Below are positions 36,701 to 49,210 of a DNA stretch of 64,000 bases, piece after piece; position 1 is the first letter of the stretch; every line of letters starts with the position of its first letter. The notes beneath the pieces were generated by a model that ran no database searches, had not been told where the DNA came from, and was given only the letters and a program-made list of their open reading frames with translations. The position numbers and the translations under genes were made by a program. Origin of the DNA: Bugula neritina (Eukaryota > Animalia > Bryozoa); the NCBI GenBank assembly GCA_964035545.1, contig OZ037771.1:7867408-7931407 (forward strand), read 5' to 3'.

Positions 36701-39700
36701 GACTAGTATTTGTTATACTTACACTGTGGCTAGTATATATTATACTTACACTAGTATTTGTTATACTTACACTGTGGCTAGTATATATTATACTTACACT
36801 AGTATGTATTGTACTTACACTGAGACTAGTATGTATTATGCTTACACTAGTATGTATTGTACTTACACTGTGGCTAGTATATATTGTACTTACACTAGTA
36901 TGTATTGTACTTACACCGAGACTAGTATTTGTTATACTTACACTAGTATGCATTATACTTACACTGAGACTAGTATTTGTTATACTTACACTGTGGCTAG
37001 TATATATTATACTTACACTAGTATGTATTGTACTTACACTGAGACTAGTATATATTATACTTACACCAGTATGTATTGTACTTACACTGAGACTAGTATT
37101 TGTTATACTTACACTGTGACTAGTATATATTATACTTACACTGTGGCTAGTATATATTGTACTTACACTAGTATGTATTGTACTTACACTGAGACTAGTA
37201 TGTATTATGCTTACACTAGTATGCATTATACTTACACTGAGACTAGTATTTGTTATACTTACACTGTGGCTAGTATGTATTATATTTACACTGTCACATC
37301 TGTAGGAAGATTTACCAGCCGCTGATCATGAACTGCTGCTGTCGGAGATGGCACCCCAAAAGCTCACCAAACCTGCTGGTGCTGTAAAAAGGGGGAGACC
37401 GCCGGCTTCTGATAAGAACTTCTTTGTTGACCCCGACACTGTAAGAGCAGACAATTACAGAAGCTAACTTCCCTGTGCTCTTGTCTGTTTAGTTTGTGTC
37501 TATTTCAGTGAAGTGTCCAGTTTTATGCAAAAGTTAAATCTCAACCGCTGTGTCATGACTAGTTATAGACATTATGTTAAACAGTAACCGAAAATACAAG
37601 ATGTATAAAAACATAGTTACTGTATATTCTATACTGCATAACTTATCTCCTGTAAATATAGTTTATTTATATGTTGTTTATATTATTTATATGTGTTCTT
37701 AAACTATACTATAGTCTAAAGAAAGTCGTTATAAGCAGCCCTGAGTTGGAGGTGGCAGTTTGAGGTTCTCGAGTTTGGAGTTGGGGGTTTAGATTGGAAC
37801 TTTGAACTCCAAACTCGAGACCCCGAACTACTGCACTCTGTCACCCCAAATCTGGGTTGCTTATAGCAAAGTTCTAGTCTAAGCTCCTAAATACTACTAT
37901 AGTCTTAAGTTTCTATACTATAGTCTAAGTTCCTAAACTGTAGTCTAAGTTCCTAAACTATACCATAGCCCAAGTTCTCACCAATGTCTAATTATAAGCA
38001 TCATGTGAAATTCTAGAAGCCAGCAGCAGTCAAGAGAAAGAACTCCACACAGCCCAGACGGGAACCTCCTGCCAAGAAACCTGTTGAGTCGGAATCTAGC
38101 GCTAATGGCGAAGGGGGCAGCTTAAGTTCAAAGGAAGAGTCGAAGGATTTGAAGCAGACTGGCCAGACAACTGTTTCCTCTGTGCCCAGTTTGATCAGAT
38201 CACCAAAACTCTCACCGCGAACTCATGTGAGTCCGCGGCGCACTGAAATCAAAGTGAGTAAATAGGGAGGGCAACTCCCTAGTCACTGCTGATTTGCTTG
38301 CAAATTTGCTGAGTCAAGTGTGTAAATTAAAAAAAATTGTTCCTTTTTTTGTTCAACGCCAACTCGCTCATTGACACCAGGAGTTGCTGTAACTCAATTT
38401 TGGTTGTGGTAGACAAGCTAAGTACCTATTTGTATTTTATCCCAAGGGCCTGTAAATTTGTTTATGGGTTTTGTACACCAAAAGTTCAGTTTTGAGCACA
38501 AAAAGAATTTATCTGCTCTTATTTTTGAACAAGTTTGCGTAATACTTATTATTTCATTTTCATCTGAGCAAAATTGGTAACATGGATTTGCTGCTGAAAC
38601 AAAGTGCTTGTTGATTCAAGTCGTATACAGTCACCATGTGTTCTTTTATACTCAGGCGCAGGTGTATGACTTCGACGACGCTGTGCTTTCATCACAACTT
38701 CTGTCCAATAAAAAGAATATAAAAGTGACTTCATCTAGAATAGGGTTTATAGGGCTAGGCACTATAGGCATGGCTATGGTAAGGAATCTCATCAAACATG
38801 GACACAAAGTCTCAGTCTGGAACAAGACTGTCTCCAAGGTAATCTATCTGCTGGCTGTAGGCTGGTTATATAATATATGTTCACCTGCATGTCTAAGGTC
38901 TCAACCTACACACTGTATGCTAACACTTAATGTTGTTATCTAGTCCACTAGTGTAAAAACTAGTTTGTGCTGTTCTTCTAACCCTTGAAAGGTGATGTAA
39001 ATATAGGCCAATTACAATAATACTCATCATGTAACGTCTTTGTAAATACTCTATTTGCACCATAAGTATTGCATTGTCTATTACCATATATAGCAAAGTT
39101 TTAGTACATCATATTATACATTATTTTTATATTGTATGAAACAGTATATTATATTACTATATCGCATGTTGTGGTATGTTATATTACTATACCGTATGTT
39201 CAATGTTGTAGTATATAATATTACTATATTGTATGTTGCAGTATATTATATTACTATATTGTATGTTATAGTATATTATACTACTATATTGTATGTTGCA
39301 GTATATTATACTACTATACTGTATGTTGTAGTATATAATATTACTATACTGTATGCTGTAGTATATTATACTACTATACTGTATGTTGCAGTATATTATA
39401 CTACTATACTGTATGTTGCAGTATATTATACTACTATATTGTATGTTGTAGTATATTATATTACTATACTGTACGTTGCAGTATATTATACTACTATATT
39501 ACATGTTGCAGTATATTATATTACTATATTGTATGTTGCAGTGTACTGAGATTGCAGATGTTGATGTAAAAGTATACGACAGTCCAGCTCAGCTAGTCTC
39601 TGCTTGTGATATAGTTTTAGCTTGTCTAGCAGATCCCTTCGCTGTTAAAGAGGTAAAATATAGAATATTAAGCTGTAAATTATATAGTTCAATATAATTG

Positions 39701-42700
39701 TAATATATCCTTTACAGTAATATTAATAACAACTAACTGCGGAAATACTTGTGTCATAATAAATAATAATAGTAGTAAATGATTACGTTTCAAACAATCA
39801 AGTATGAACTGTGCGATAACAATTGATCAACCAAGTTTTCTCTACTTAACTAGTATATTCACTGTATCTATTTCCTCTTGCTATTATGTTCTGTTGTGTT
39901 ATACTTTATTATCCAAGAAACAATAAATTGACCGTGGACAAGAAATGCCTTGATTATACTTGTAACCCAGAATATAGCCACCTATCATAGTAACTAATGA
40001 AAATAGTTGGGGGGAAAAAGCATTGGATTAAATACATGATATGTTATGTTCCAACTTGTCCCAACTTTTATTTCGTTATAATAGCTAGGTTACATTACTA
40101 ATTGACTAATTTTATTACTAACTAGCTGTTAATGTTACTATACTATATTACTCACTAGATGCACTATATTACTGATTAGATGCACTATATTACTAACTAG
40201 CTGCACTATATTACTAACTAGCTGCACTATATTACTAACTAGCTGCACTATATTACTCACTAGCTGCACTATATCACTAACTAGATGCACTATATTACTA
40301 ACTAGCTGCACTATATTACTAACTAGCTGCACTATATTACTCACTAGATGCACTATATTACTCACTAGCTGCACTATATTACTCACTAGATGCACTATAT
40401 TACTCCCTAGCTGCACTATATCACTAACTAGATGCACTATATTACTAACTAGCTGCACTATATTACTAACTAGCTGCACTATATTACTCACTAGATGCAC
40501 TATATTACTCACTAGATGCACTATATTACTCCCTAGCTAGTGTATACTACTTGGCCAAGTATATTGACACCTTCTGACGTCTCTTCAGGTTCTCTTCTGT
40601 CAGAATGGAGTGATGGAAAGCATGGGACCAGGCAAGGCGTTTGTTGACATGACAACTGTTGATGTGGAGACAGCCAGTGATGCCGAATGTGTAGGTTCCT
40701 TCACTTTCACCTTTGGCCTGGAAACAATATATTTGTGTTTCACCATTTGTAGCAGTAAGCCTAGGGCCACACTGTGCGTATTTTCGCATGCGAAAATTGA
40801 AATCACAAGTAGCAAAGGTGTCCACTGTACGCGTTGAGAAAACATTCGCACTTGTCGCTCAGCATTCTCAACGCAAGTGCGAATCGTCTGTCGTCGTCAC
40901 CTAATTGGCTGGTAGTTATTCAGCGAGCCCAATTTCTTTATTTTAGTGCTACATTCCAGTAAATTGCGTTTTATTGAAAGCGAGTGCGATTTAAAAATGA
41001 AAGCTTTATTTATCACGCATCACTGACGCTACAGTGGACACCTTTGCTACTTGTGGTTTCAATGTTCGCATGCGAAAATACGCACAGTGTGGCCCTAGGC
41101 TAATAGATGCATTGTTTGGAAAAATATGATGCAATTTCTGCTGCTGGATGACTGGCATTGTCAGTCTGATACGACTTATAATATGGTAGTCTATGGCTTG
41201 TCGAGTGGAACTGCCTGAACTTTAGCTCTAGGATTACTTACAATGTCATGCTGAGAACAAATTACTAAATCTCGCAGTCGAGTTGCCAACTTGTTTCACG
41301 TGTTAAGTGCTAGGCAATGCCAAGTACATGTTCTCAACTTTCTGTGCATTCAGCAAATCAAGAGGGCAGGCGGGGAGTATTTGGAAGCCCCGGTGTCCGG
41401 TACCAAAAAAGACGCTGTCAACGGGACTCTCCTAATTATGGCAGCAGGAAACGAGGACTTGTACAAAAGATGCACTTCCTGTTTCCAAGCTATAAGCAAG
41501 AAGAGTTATTACTTGGGTAAGTGTTGGTTCAACCGTCTAACAATCAACGCGGTGTGGCGCAGTGTGGCTTGAGATTGACTGCCTCATATTTTCTCGAACA
41601 GCACAATTTTGCTGCTGTTCACAAAACAATATAAGTTTGGAAATGCTGAACTATGTGTGTGGCAATGAGTTTTGCTTCTCTAATTACACCAGCGCCACAA
41701 TTTAGTTTTAATAAAATTTACATTTGGCTGATAACTCTTTTATTGTCATACTTGAAAGTTTTTCACTAGTGACATTGTTGCCACTCTATTAATCAATGGT
41801 TTAAATAGATCTGGCTACACTTTTTTTGTACTGGTGTACTCATGTATGGGCTAGCTATGAAGGGAGATGCAAGCAATGTTTAAACTGCTCTTCCAGTGCT
41901 GACTTTTGCGGCTTTGTTGTACTGAAATGAATTGAATTTTTTTAAATACTCAATTAGTAAAGTATTTTAAAATATTCTATATGCTAGTATTCAATCCAAG
42001 ACAATGTGCATGTATATCAATATAACATCAGCTTGGTGGAGTGCCATGGTAGGTTGCTAATATATTTGTGTTGTAATGCTTTGCCATTGAGAATGGAGAC
42101 TGTACTGTCTGCAGCCCGTCAACTCTGTTTCTATCCACTCTCAGGTTCTGTTGGCCACGGTACAAGGATGGTGCTGTCTCTCAGTCTGATCAATGCATCC
42201 ATAAACTGTGCTGTCGCAGAGGGCATGGCTCTCGCTGACAGAGTGGGCATTAAGCATGCTGACTTACTCGACGTGCTAAGTAACAGTGCGTGCAACAGCC
42301 AGTTGGTCAGCACAACAAGCAAAGGTAACTTTTGCTAATCACACTATTATCGAACCTTCGAGTTTGCTAATGCGAACCCCTTTGCCAAATAGGTTTGTAA
42401 ATTAACCGATCCTGTGACCAGTTTTTACCTCTTTTTTCTGTAAGACAGGTAAATTGTGTGAGTCTGAATAGTGCTATACAGTTCACTCACCATCCCCGGC
42501 CTTTTGGCCAGCCTGACAAGGTTTTATTTCTACACACCATCATATTCTGTTAACTTAGAGGTCTGTATATTATTTTGTTTCTTGGTAATGCATATGCATT
42601 CTAGCACATGATCTGTACAATCTAGTGCATGTAGAATATACGGGATCTTTGGTTTTATTGCAGCTATTATTGCCAAAAACTTCACATCTCAACTTTCTCT

Positions 42701-43248
42701 GAAGCATATACAGAAGGATATGAAGTTTGCCATAGAAATGGCAGATATGTATGATCAGCCCTTGCATATGGCAGCATCGGTGAATGAGGTATGTTCAAAA
42801 TTATCTGACATTGTTGTGGTGTACACTGTAAGAATTTTCCTACAATCAGTAGCATCAAGTGTCTAAAACAGAGTCTATTAAACCTATGAGCTGTTCCTAT
42901 ATAATATGTCAGTCAGATGTACAAACTATATATAGTATATAGTTTTATTCAGAAAATCTAAAAAAATTGTGCACAAAATTCTGATTGTTCTTTTAATTTG
43001 ATGTGATGTTCTTTTGAATTTGTGTCCAAGTGTATTTGTCGTGCTCCAGTTACCTGCGATTAAGTTTAAAGGTTTCAGCATTTGGTTGATTTTATTCCTT
43101 GCAGGTAATACTAGTTATCTATGTTGAGGGAAATGAGGTTTGTCATGCCAGGAACCACTTTTCTCTGTTGTAGATGTATAAAAGAGGCAAATCACTGGGT
43201 CTATCTAACTTAGACATGAGTGCTGTATATAAAGCTACCAGCAAATGA
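33728..43248 (+). CDS. GLYR1: PWWP + AT-hook + beta-hydroxyacid dehydrogenase-like protein (NPAC/NP60)
   Basis: Exons 33728-33762, 35852-35888 (AKVKGSSPWPAK), 36083-36165 (FVRFYGSNDH), 36432-36567, 37306-37440 (KRGRP), ~38017-38253, 38657-38838 (IGFIGLGTIG), 39542-39652, 40590-~40691, ~41354-41516 (LEAPVSG), 42145-42324, 42664-42788 (KHIQKDM), 43174-43248. Confidence 0.92.
36565..37295. repeat. 21/27-bp minisatellite starting at the GLYR1 exon 4 donor
   Basis: Unit GTATGTATTGTACTTACAC(TGAGAC)TA, about 30 copies. Confidence 0.97.
37730..37865. mobile_element. Small foldback/MITE-like inverted repeat
   Basis: TATAAGCAGCCC...GGGTTGCTTATA termini and a perfect inner stem TCTCGAGTTTGGAGTT / AACTCCAAACTCGAGA. 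Confidence 0.6.
39136..39541. repeat. 30-bp minisatellite ending at the GLYR1 exon 8 acceptor
   Basis: Unit TATATTATA(C/T)TACTATA(C/T)TGTATGTTG(C/T)AG, about 13 copies. Confidence 0.95.
40110..40540. repeat. 21-bp minisatellite containing TACTAAC/TACTCAC
   Basis: Unit CTAG(C/A)TGCACTATATTACT(A/C)A, about 20 copies, ending ~50 bp before the exon 9 acceptor. Confidence 0.95.
40759..41100. mobile_element. PIF/Harbinger-type MITE, copy 2 (inverted relative to copy 1)
   Basis: GCCTAGGGCCACACTGTGCG...CGCACAGTGTGGCCCTAGGC TIRs; TAA TSD at 40756-40758 and 41101-41103. Confidence 0.92.
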
Positions 43249-45872
43249 TGCACATGCTACTCGCACAGACATAATCTTTAGTTGTCGCAACACCCCCCTT
43301 CTTAACGATAGTCCCTGGCTATTGCTGGAAAACACAGCAATTTTCCACATAAATAGCAATAAATAATATCGATGTATAATTTTAAAAGTAGGATAAGAAC
43401 AACCATTGAATAATATTTTGTATTTTTATATTTTCATCATTTTGTTCATAGTCTTTTCCGTAGTGGCAGTGTTTTAACATTTATAAGTATGCCATGTTCT
43501 AGTCTTGCATGGATCTTGTACATAAAATTCAGACTACAGTACATGCTTCTTATGCCTACTACTAAAAAGTTACTTTCTCAAAAATATTCTGTGTGAAAGT
43601 GTACAATTATTATGATTTAATCAAATAAATCTTACATTATCTGCTTTAATATGATCAATACCTAAAATATAATCTTTGCTCACGAAAATAGAAGGCTAAA
43701 AATCTACTCTCCCACAAAGTCGCCTACTTGATTTTCTAAGACTTTCACTGTTGATAAGTTGATTCCAATTGTCCAAGTTTCTGTAAAGGCCAATAATCTC
43801 AAAACACTGTGGTCCCAATTTCATTCTGCTTTGGAAGCTTTCTTTCTCCACATCTGTAATCTCACTGGTTAGGATTATTCTGTCAGTTGCTTTTCCTGTG
43901 CTGATTCTGGTGCTTTTGAATATTTCATATTTTTCCTTGCTTTTGGCATTATAGGTTGTATAAAAAATAATTTCGATAGAAACATTCTGGTTTTACAAAA
44001 GTATCGTAGTTCTTACTTCCCTTCATACCTATTTATATGAAGTATTAGCTAACCGAAGTTGACTGCAAATGCTTTATGGTCTGAAGGGCGACCGGAGTTG
44101 TTTCCTTTTTTAAATTGTTGCGAACTTTCAAACTACTTATCTCGTAGTTGTTCCGTTTACTGGAAAACATTCACGATGAGACAGCGAAATTGTTTTATGG
44201 GCTGGCCTTATGGCTTATCGTAAAGTCTAGAAAAGTCTGGTTTCATCAGTATGACTATGATAGCATAACAGTAATATAAAAACAGCTGGTCTGAGTTCAT
44301 CTCCGTTATTCAGCTGCTTAAAAACGTAAGTGTCGGCACTGGTCTTCCTCCTAGTGATTATGTTTAGACTTAGAGGCTAGAGCAATATTAATTATTATAA
44401 TTAAAAAGCCAAAAGGTTATAAATATTCAATTTCATATTTGAATTTTTATTTTATAATTTATTACTAATCCTATTAGTATTAGTATTACTATTACTATTA
44501 CTATTAGTATTACTATTAGTAAATTATTACTATTAGTATTGGTGTATTACTATTACTATTAGTATTACTATTAGCATTAGTCTGACTAATGCTAATACTA
44601 ATAGTAATACTAATACGAAATACTAAAACTAAAAGTGAAAGTAAATGTGATGACTAAGAGTAAGTCTAATGATTAGACTTACTCTAACTCTTACTCTTAG
44701 TCATCACATTTTCATTTTGATTTAGTTTTACTGACAGTGATACTCATGCTAATTTTGATTTTTTCTTTTATTTAACGATTTACTCATTACTCATTAGTCT
44801 TGGATTTAGTCATTATGATTACTCATTACTTTAGTCATTACTTTAGTCATTACTTTAGTCATTACATTTACTTATACTTATACTTATAGTTATAGTCATA
44901 CTGATAGTGGTTACTGATTTAGTGATTACTCATGGTTATTGGCTATTGCAGTTTTTTGCTTACAGTTACTACTACTAGTCATACTCATTACTCATTAGAT
45001 TTAGACTTAGTCTTAAACTTAGTGATTAGTCATTACATTTCCTGAGAAGTGAGATTCAGTCACTCAACGACCAGGATATTTAATCTTAAAGTTAATCTTG
45101 TGCAATAAACTTAATCTTATAGTTATAATATCAGTGTTACTTAACAAGAAGTGTAGCACTAATACGGTATTACTAATACTAATAGTATTACTATTAGTAA
45201 TAGTAACATTTGCACTATTACTAATACTATTAGTATTATTAAACTATTGTTAATAGAAATACCTAATACCTAATAAGCCTAAGGCCTATTAGTATTAGTA
45301 TTAAACTAATAATAATAAATTTAATAATAATAATATTCTTATAGTATTAGTTGACTATAAGTATAACTACTAGTACTAGTATAACTGCATAACTATAAGT
45401 ATTACTATTAGTCTATGACATATATTTATAATTTATAAGTATCAGTATGGATTACTGGATAGTATAGTTATTTAGTTTTGAAATAGGATTTAGTTTTACT
45501 GTTGACATTAGTTAATAATTTATTAGTAGTATTATTATAGTATTATAAATATTTTTGTTAATGTATTTGTTGATATTATAATTATTGTTATTAGTTACTG
45601 TTAGTACTTAGTTATGATTAATATGAGTATCATAATTATTTTTCTTAGCTTCATTATGTGTTATAGCCATTAGACTTAGTACAAGTATTACTATTACTAT
45701 TAGTCTTACTCTCAGATTTAGTGTTATTTTATCATTTACAGTAAGACTGATTTAAAATGTGTATTATAGTTATGATTGACATTGTTATACTTATTGTAGT
45801 GAAAAAATAGAAATATCAAGTTTCAAATTGAAATTGAAGTGATTATAATTTGAATCTCATATTAAAACGACC

Positions 45873-48777
45873 ATGGAACTCCCAGACCTTGGCAAACATT
45901 GTTCTAGCAAAAGTTGTAAGCGTTTGGGTGAGTAATTTGCTGAAACTTGAGGAAATATTAGTAGTGAATATTTTATAGTTTATCACGATTATTGGTTACT
46001 TTGTGCTGGTGTAGTCTTTTAAATAATATTAGCTAAACCTTTCTCTATTACAAGTAGTGTTTTTCAATCCATAGCGTTCATGTAACCCAAACAGCTAAAA
46101 TTACTGTACGGAACTTTTGTAAATACTAATCAGTTCTAGTATCAGAACCTGAGATTTTTCTATCTTTCATAATTTTTTTCATCCAATTGTCACCAGAGGC
46201 AGCTATATCAATGATTGTGGCATATCAACAACCACAATAGCAGGCCTCCTGGCTTCGGTGACTTTGTATTGAAGTTCCACAAGATTTTGAAGCTGATTTT
46301 AAAGCAGTTGTATACCGGTTAATAGCCGTATTCATGTTTATATGATTGTTATATCCTAATGCTTGGAACTTCACTTTGTTGTAGATTTTCTTCCTATGAA
46401 ATGTGATGCTTGCTCATCAATATTCTGGTGAGCATATAATATAAGAATTCTATAACTTTTATGTTGTAGTTTTAGTAGTAACTAGTTTATATTGTAATTA
46501 AAAAGTGCTGAAATTGTGTTTACATAGTCTATACATCTTACAGAAAATAATTGTCAGTTATTCACAAGTTTTATGGTCCTCTTTCATTTAGCTTTACATG
46601 TACATACTTTTGTCACTAGCTAATCATGATGCATTCGACACACAGCACATTTGATAAGTTCTCCTTGCATTAGTTGTTAAGAGTAGGTGTATATTTTGGT
46701 AGCAATGATCATATTCACTACGCAACACATAGCTGTTCCGAGTCGTACAAGAAAGACAAGCAGGTACCAGTATGCCCGCTCTGTGACAAACCTATACCGC
46801 TTGAGAATGGTGAGTTGGCAGACGTGAAAGTCGGAGCTCACATAGACAGTGAGTGTCAGTCGGATCCTGCCAAAGAGCGGCGCAAGGTGGGTCTTCTAAA
46901 CAGTAACTTCGGGCAGTGTGTTGTCTAGCTCAAGTGTGTGCCAACAGCTAACATACTTTTTATTATATATCTACTTGTAAGTTTGGTTTACACCGTAGGA
47001 GTATGAAATATTACACATTTTCAAGGCTAGTACATGTGACTTGTCATAACTGTTGATATGGTAATAGAGACAGCAAAGCTGTTATTTTATAAATTCACTA
47101 CTTCATTCTAGTATTTATATTATTATTTGTGAATGTGCAGGTTTACACCAATAGATGTAGCAAGAAAGGGTGTAAGGTGAAAGAAATGGTAAGCATCAAG
47201 TGTAACAGATGTCACCAAAACTACTGTCTAAAGCATCGCCACGAGAATGATCATGGATGTGCTGCTGGATCGCAATCAAACAGTCCTATGACAGCTAGGT
47301 CTCAGTGAGTATATCATCTATTCTGTATCGCACACAGTAGTTGCTGTTATGTGTGCTTCATGTCATTTTTTGTCTTTCTGGATATCCCAGCAGCATTTAG
47401 AGTTCACATTAAATAATAGGAAAGTGGATCACTGCAAAAAGTTAGCCTGTTTCCTAACTCCACAGGATTACTTTTTAGAGCTGCAAAAGCCGCCATTGCT
47501 AGGAATCAACAGAACAGTAAAGGTGGAACAATACCTCAGCAGTCTCTACTCAACTCTATAGGTAACGTGATATCTCATACAGAAATGTCTTCGCTCTGCT
47601 CTCACTTTCTTCTGCACCAGAATGCCATGTATTTTAGTTCTCCAAAGCAGTTGTCACCAAACAACATTAATTATATAGTTCTAATTACAGCTATGATTTT
47701 TAAATGTATTTTTATTTGCACCGATATAAAATTATGTTTAATTAATTATTTGAAAGATGTGTTTCATAAAGATAAATATAATTGTATCAACTCACCAAGT
47801 GTATTATCTGTAGTACCCTTGCGTACAGCTGGAAGGGGGTTAGTGTATCCGTATGTTTTTCACATGACTGCAAGGTTAACTCTACTTCTTATCTTGACTT
47901 ATAGTGTAATATAGGTACCTGCAGGTAATGTTAGTTATTTGTAGGGGATGTAGGACTTCTAGATTATACTAGTGCATTAGCACTTCATATACTATATTCC
48001 TGATTTGTGGATTAAAAAAACTCAGTTATATTATTCATTAATGCATTCCTTCCCAACAAAGTTATATATTTTACACATGTACAGGTTCGTCACTTGCTAG
48101 AGAGAGACAGTCTAGACCTGCTGTTCCAGTTGGCAGCTTTCAGTCCGGTCTCACAGAGGAACAGGCTCTACAAATGGCTCTTCAGCTCTCCAGTTCAGAT
48201 GGAAGTAAAGGAAACTCTTCGCAGAGGTAGGCTGTGTAGTTCCACAGAATGTTTATGCGGTCATTTCTGTCTTGTTGCTATTTGATTGGAAATTTCACTT
48301 ACACAAATTGGTCAGCTATTTTATTTGGACATTTTTCACTTGATTACTCAAAAATATTTCATACACTTCAAATGTCGCAATGTTAGCTTTTATTCTGCAA
48401 GCTTTGTATATTTTGTCATAGTATGGTTTATCACCCCAGTAACTTGTTGTATTTTGTCTATATAACAGCCAGCAGGAGAAAGACGATTTAGCATTGGCAC
48501 AGGCTATTGCAGCTAGTGAAAGAGATCAACGTAGACCTCCTCCAAACAATCAGGTTAGCTATCTGTAACACTGCCGTAGAATCATTTCATGTGAATTAGA
48601 ACAGTAAGTTAGTGTTTTTTGATGTTTATCGCAGTTCTTTCAAGTGCCAATTGTCAAATGCTTCTGGTGGGCATTACTGATACGTTTTCTCGTACATGTT
48701 CTCCTATTATGTGTTGAAGAATTCTAATATTCTATTTCTAGAGCAGCAGCAGTGGATCTAACTGTGTGATAAACTAA
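45873..48777 (+). CDS. ZFAND2B: AN1-type zinc finger protein 2B (AIRAPL): two AN1 fingers, UBZ-like finger, two UIMs, C-terminal CaaX
   Basis: Exons 45873-45927 (MELPDLGKHC), 46385-46427, 46703-46886 (VPVCPLC), 47141-47304 (CLKHRHENDHGC), 47479-47561, 48085-48226 (EEQALQMALQLS), 48469-48553 (DDLALAQAIAAS), 48742-48777 (...NCVIN*). Probable 5'UTR donor GTAAGT at ~44326. Confidence 0.9.
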
Positions 48778-49210
48778 GAACCCAAGACTTCCAGATTTTA
48801 TAATTTTTTATGTTTCAATAATTTATTGACCGTAGTTGAATGTGGATTAAGTACTCAATTGATAAATTTCCATGAATGATATACTCCTGCTTATTAAGCC
48901 AATAAAAACTCACAAAATAGGTAAATAATGTATGTTTTTGTTCGGTAGAATGTGTATTAAAGATTGTGTGCATCTGTATAAGTTTTACTAAGCAATCATG
49001 TATGGATAAATCTAGTCACTATTATGTACCACTTATATATTTGTAGTTAAGAATAATTTTTTAGAACAATGTTCAACGCCATAAAAATATTATTTGATAA
49101 ACGATATTTGTATTATGGTTGAATGGGTGAATAATTTACATGTACTATACATATATAATTTATATTATATACACTCAATTATATTTGTTACAAATACAAT
49201 ATACATTTTC

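Noticed and set aside
36510-37325. Long ORFs of 238 and 251 aa
   Set aside because: Translations of the intronic minisatellite in other frames; no domain content.
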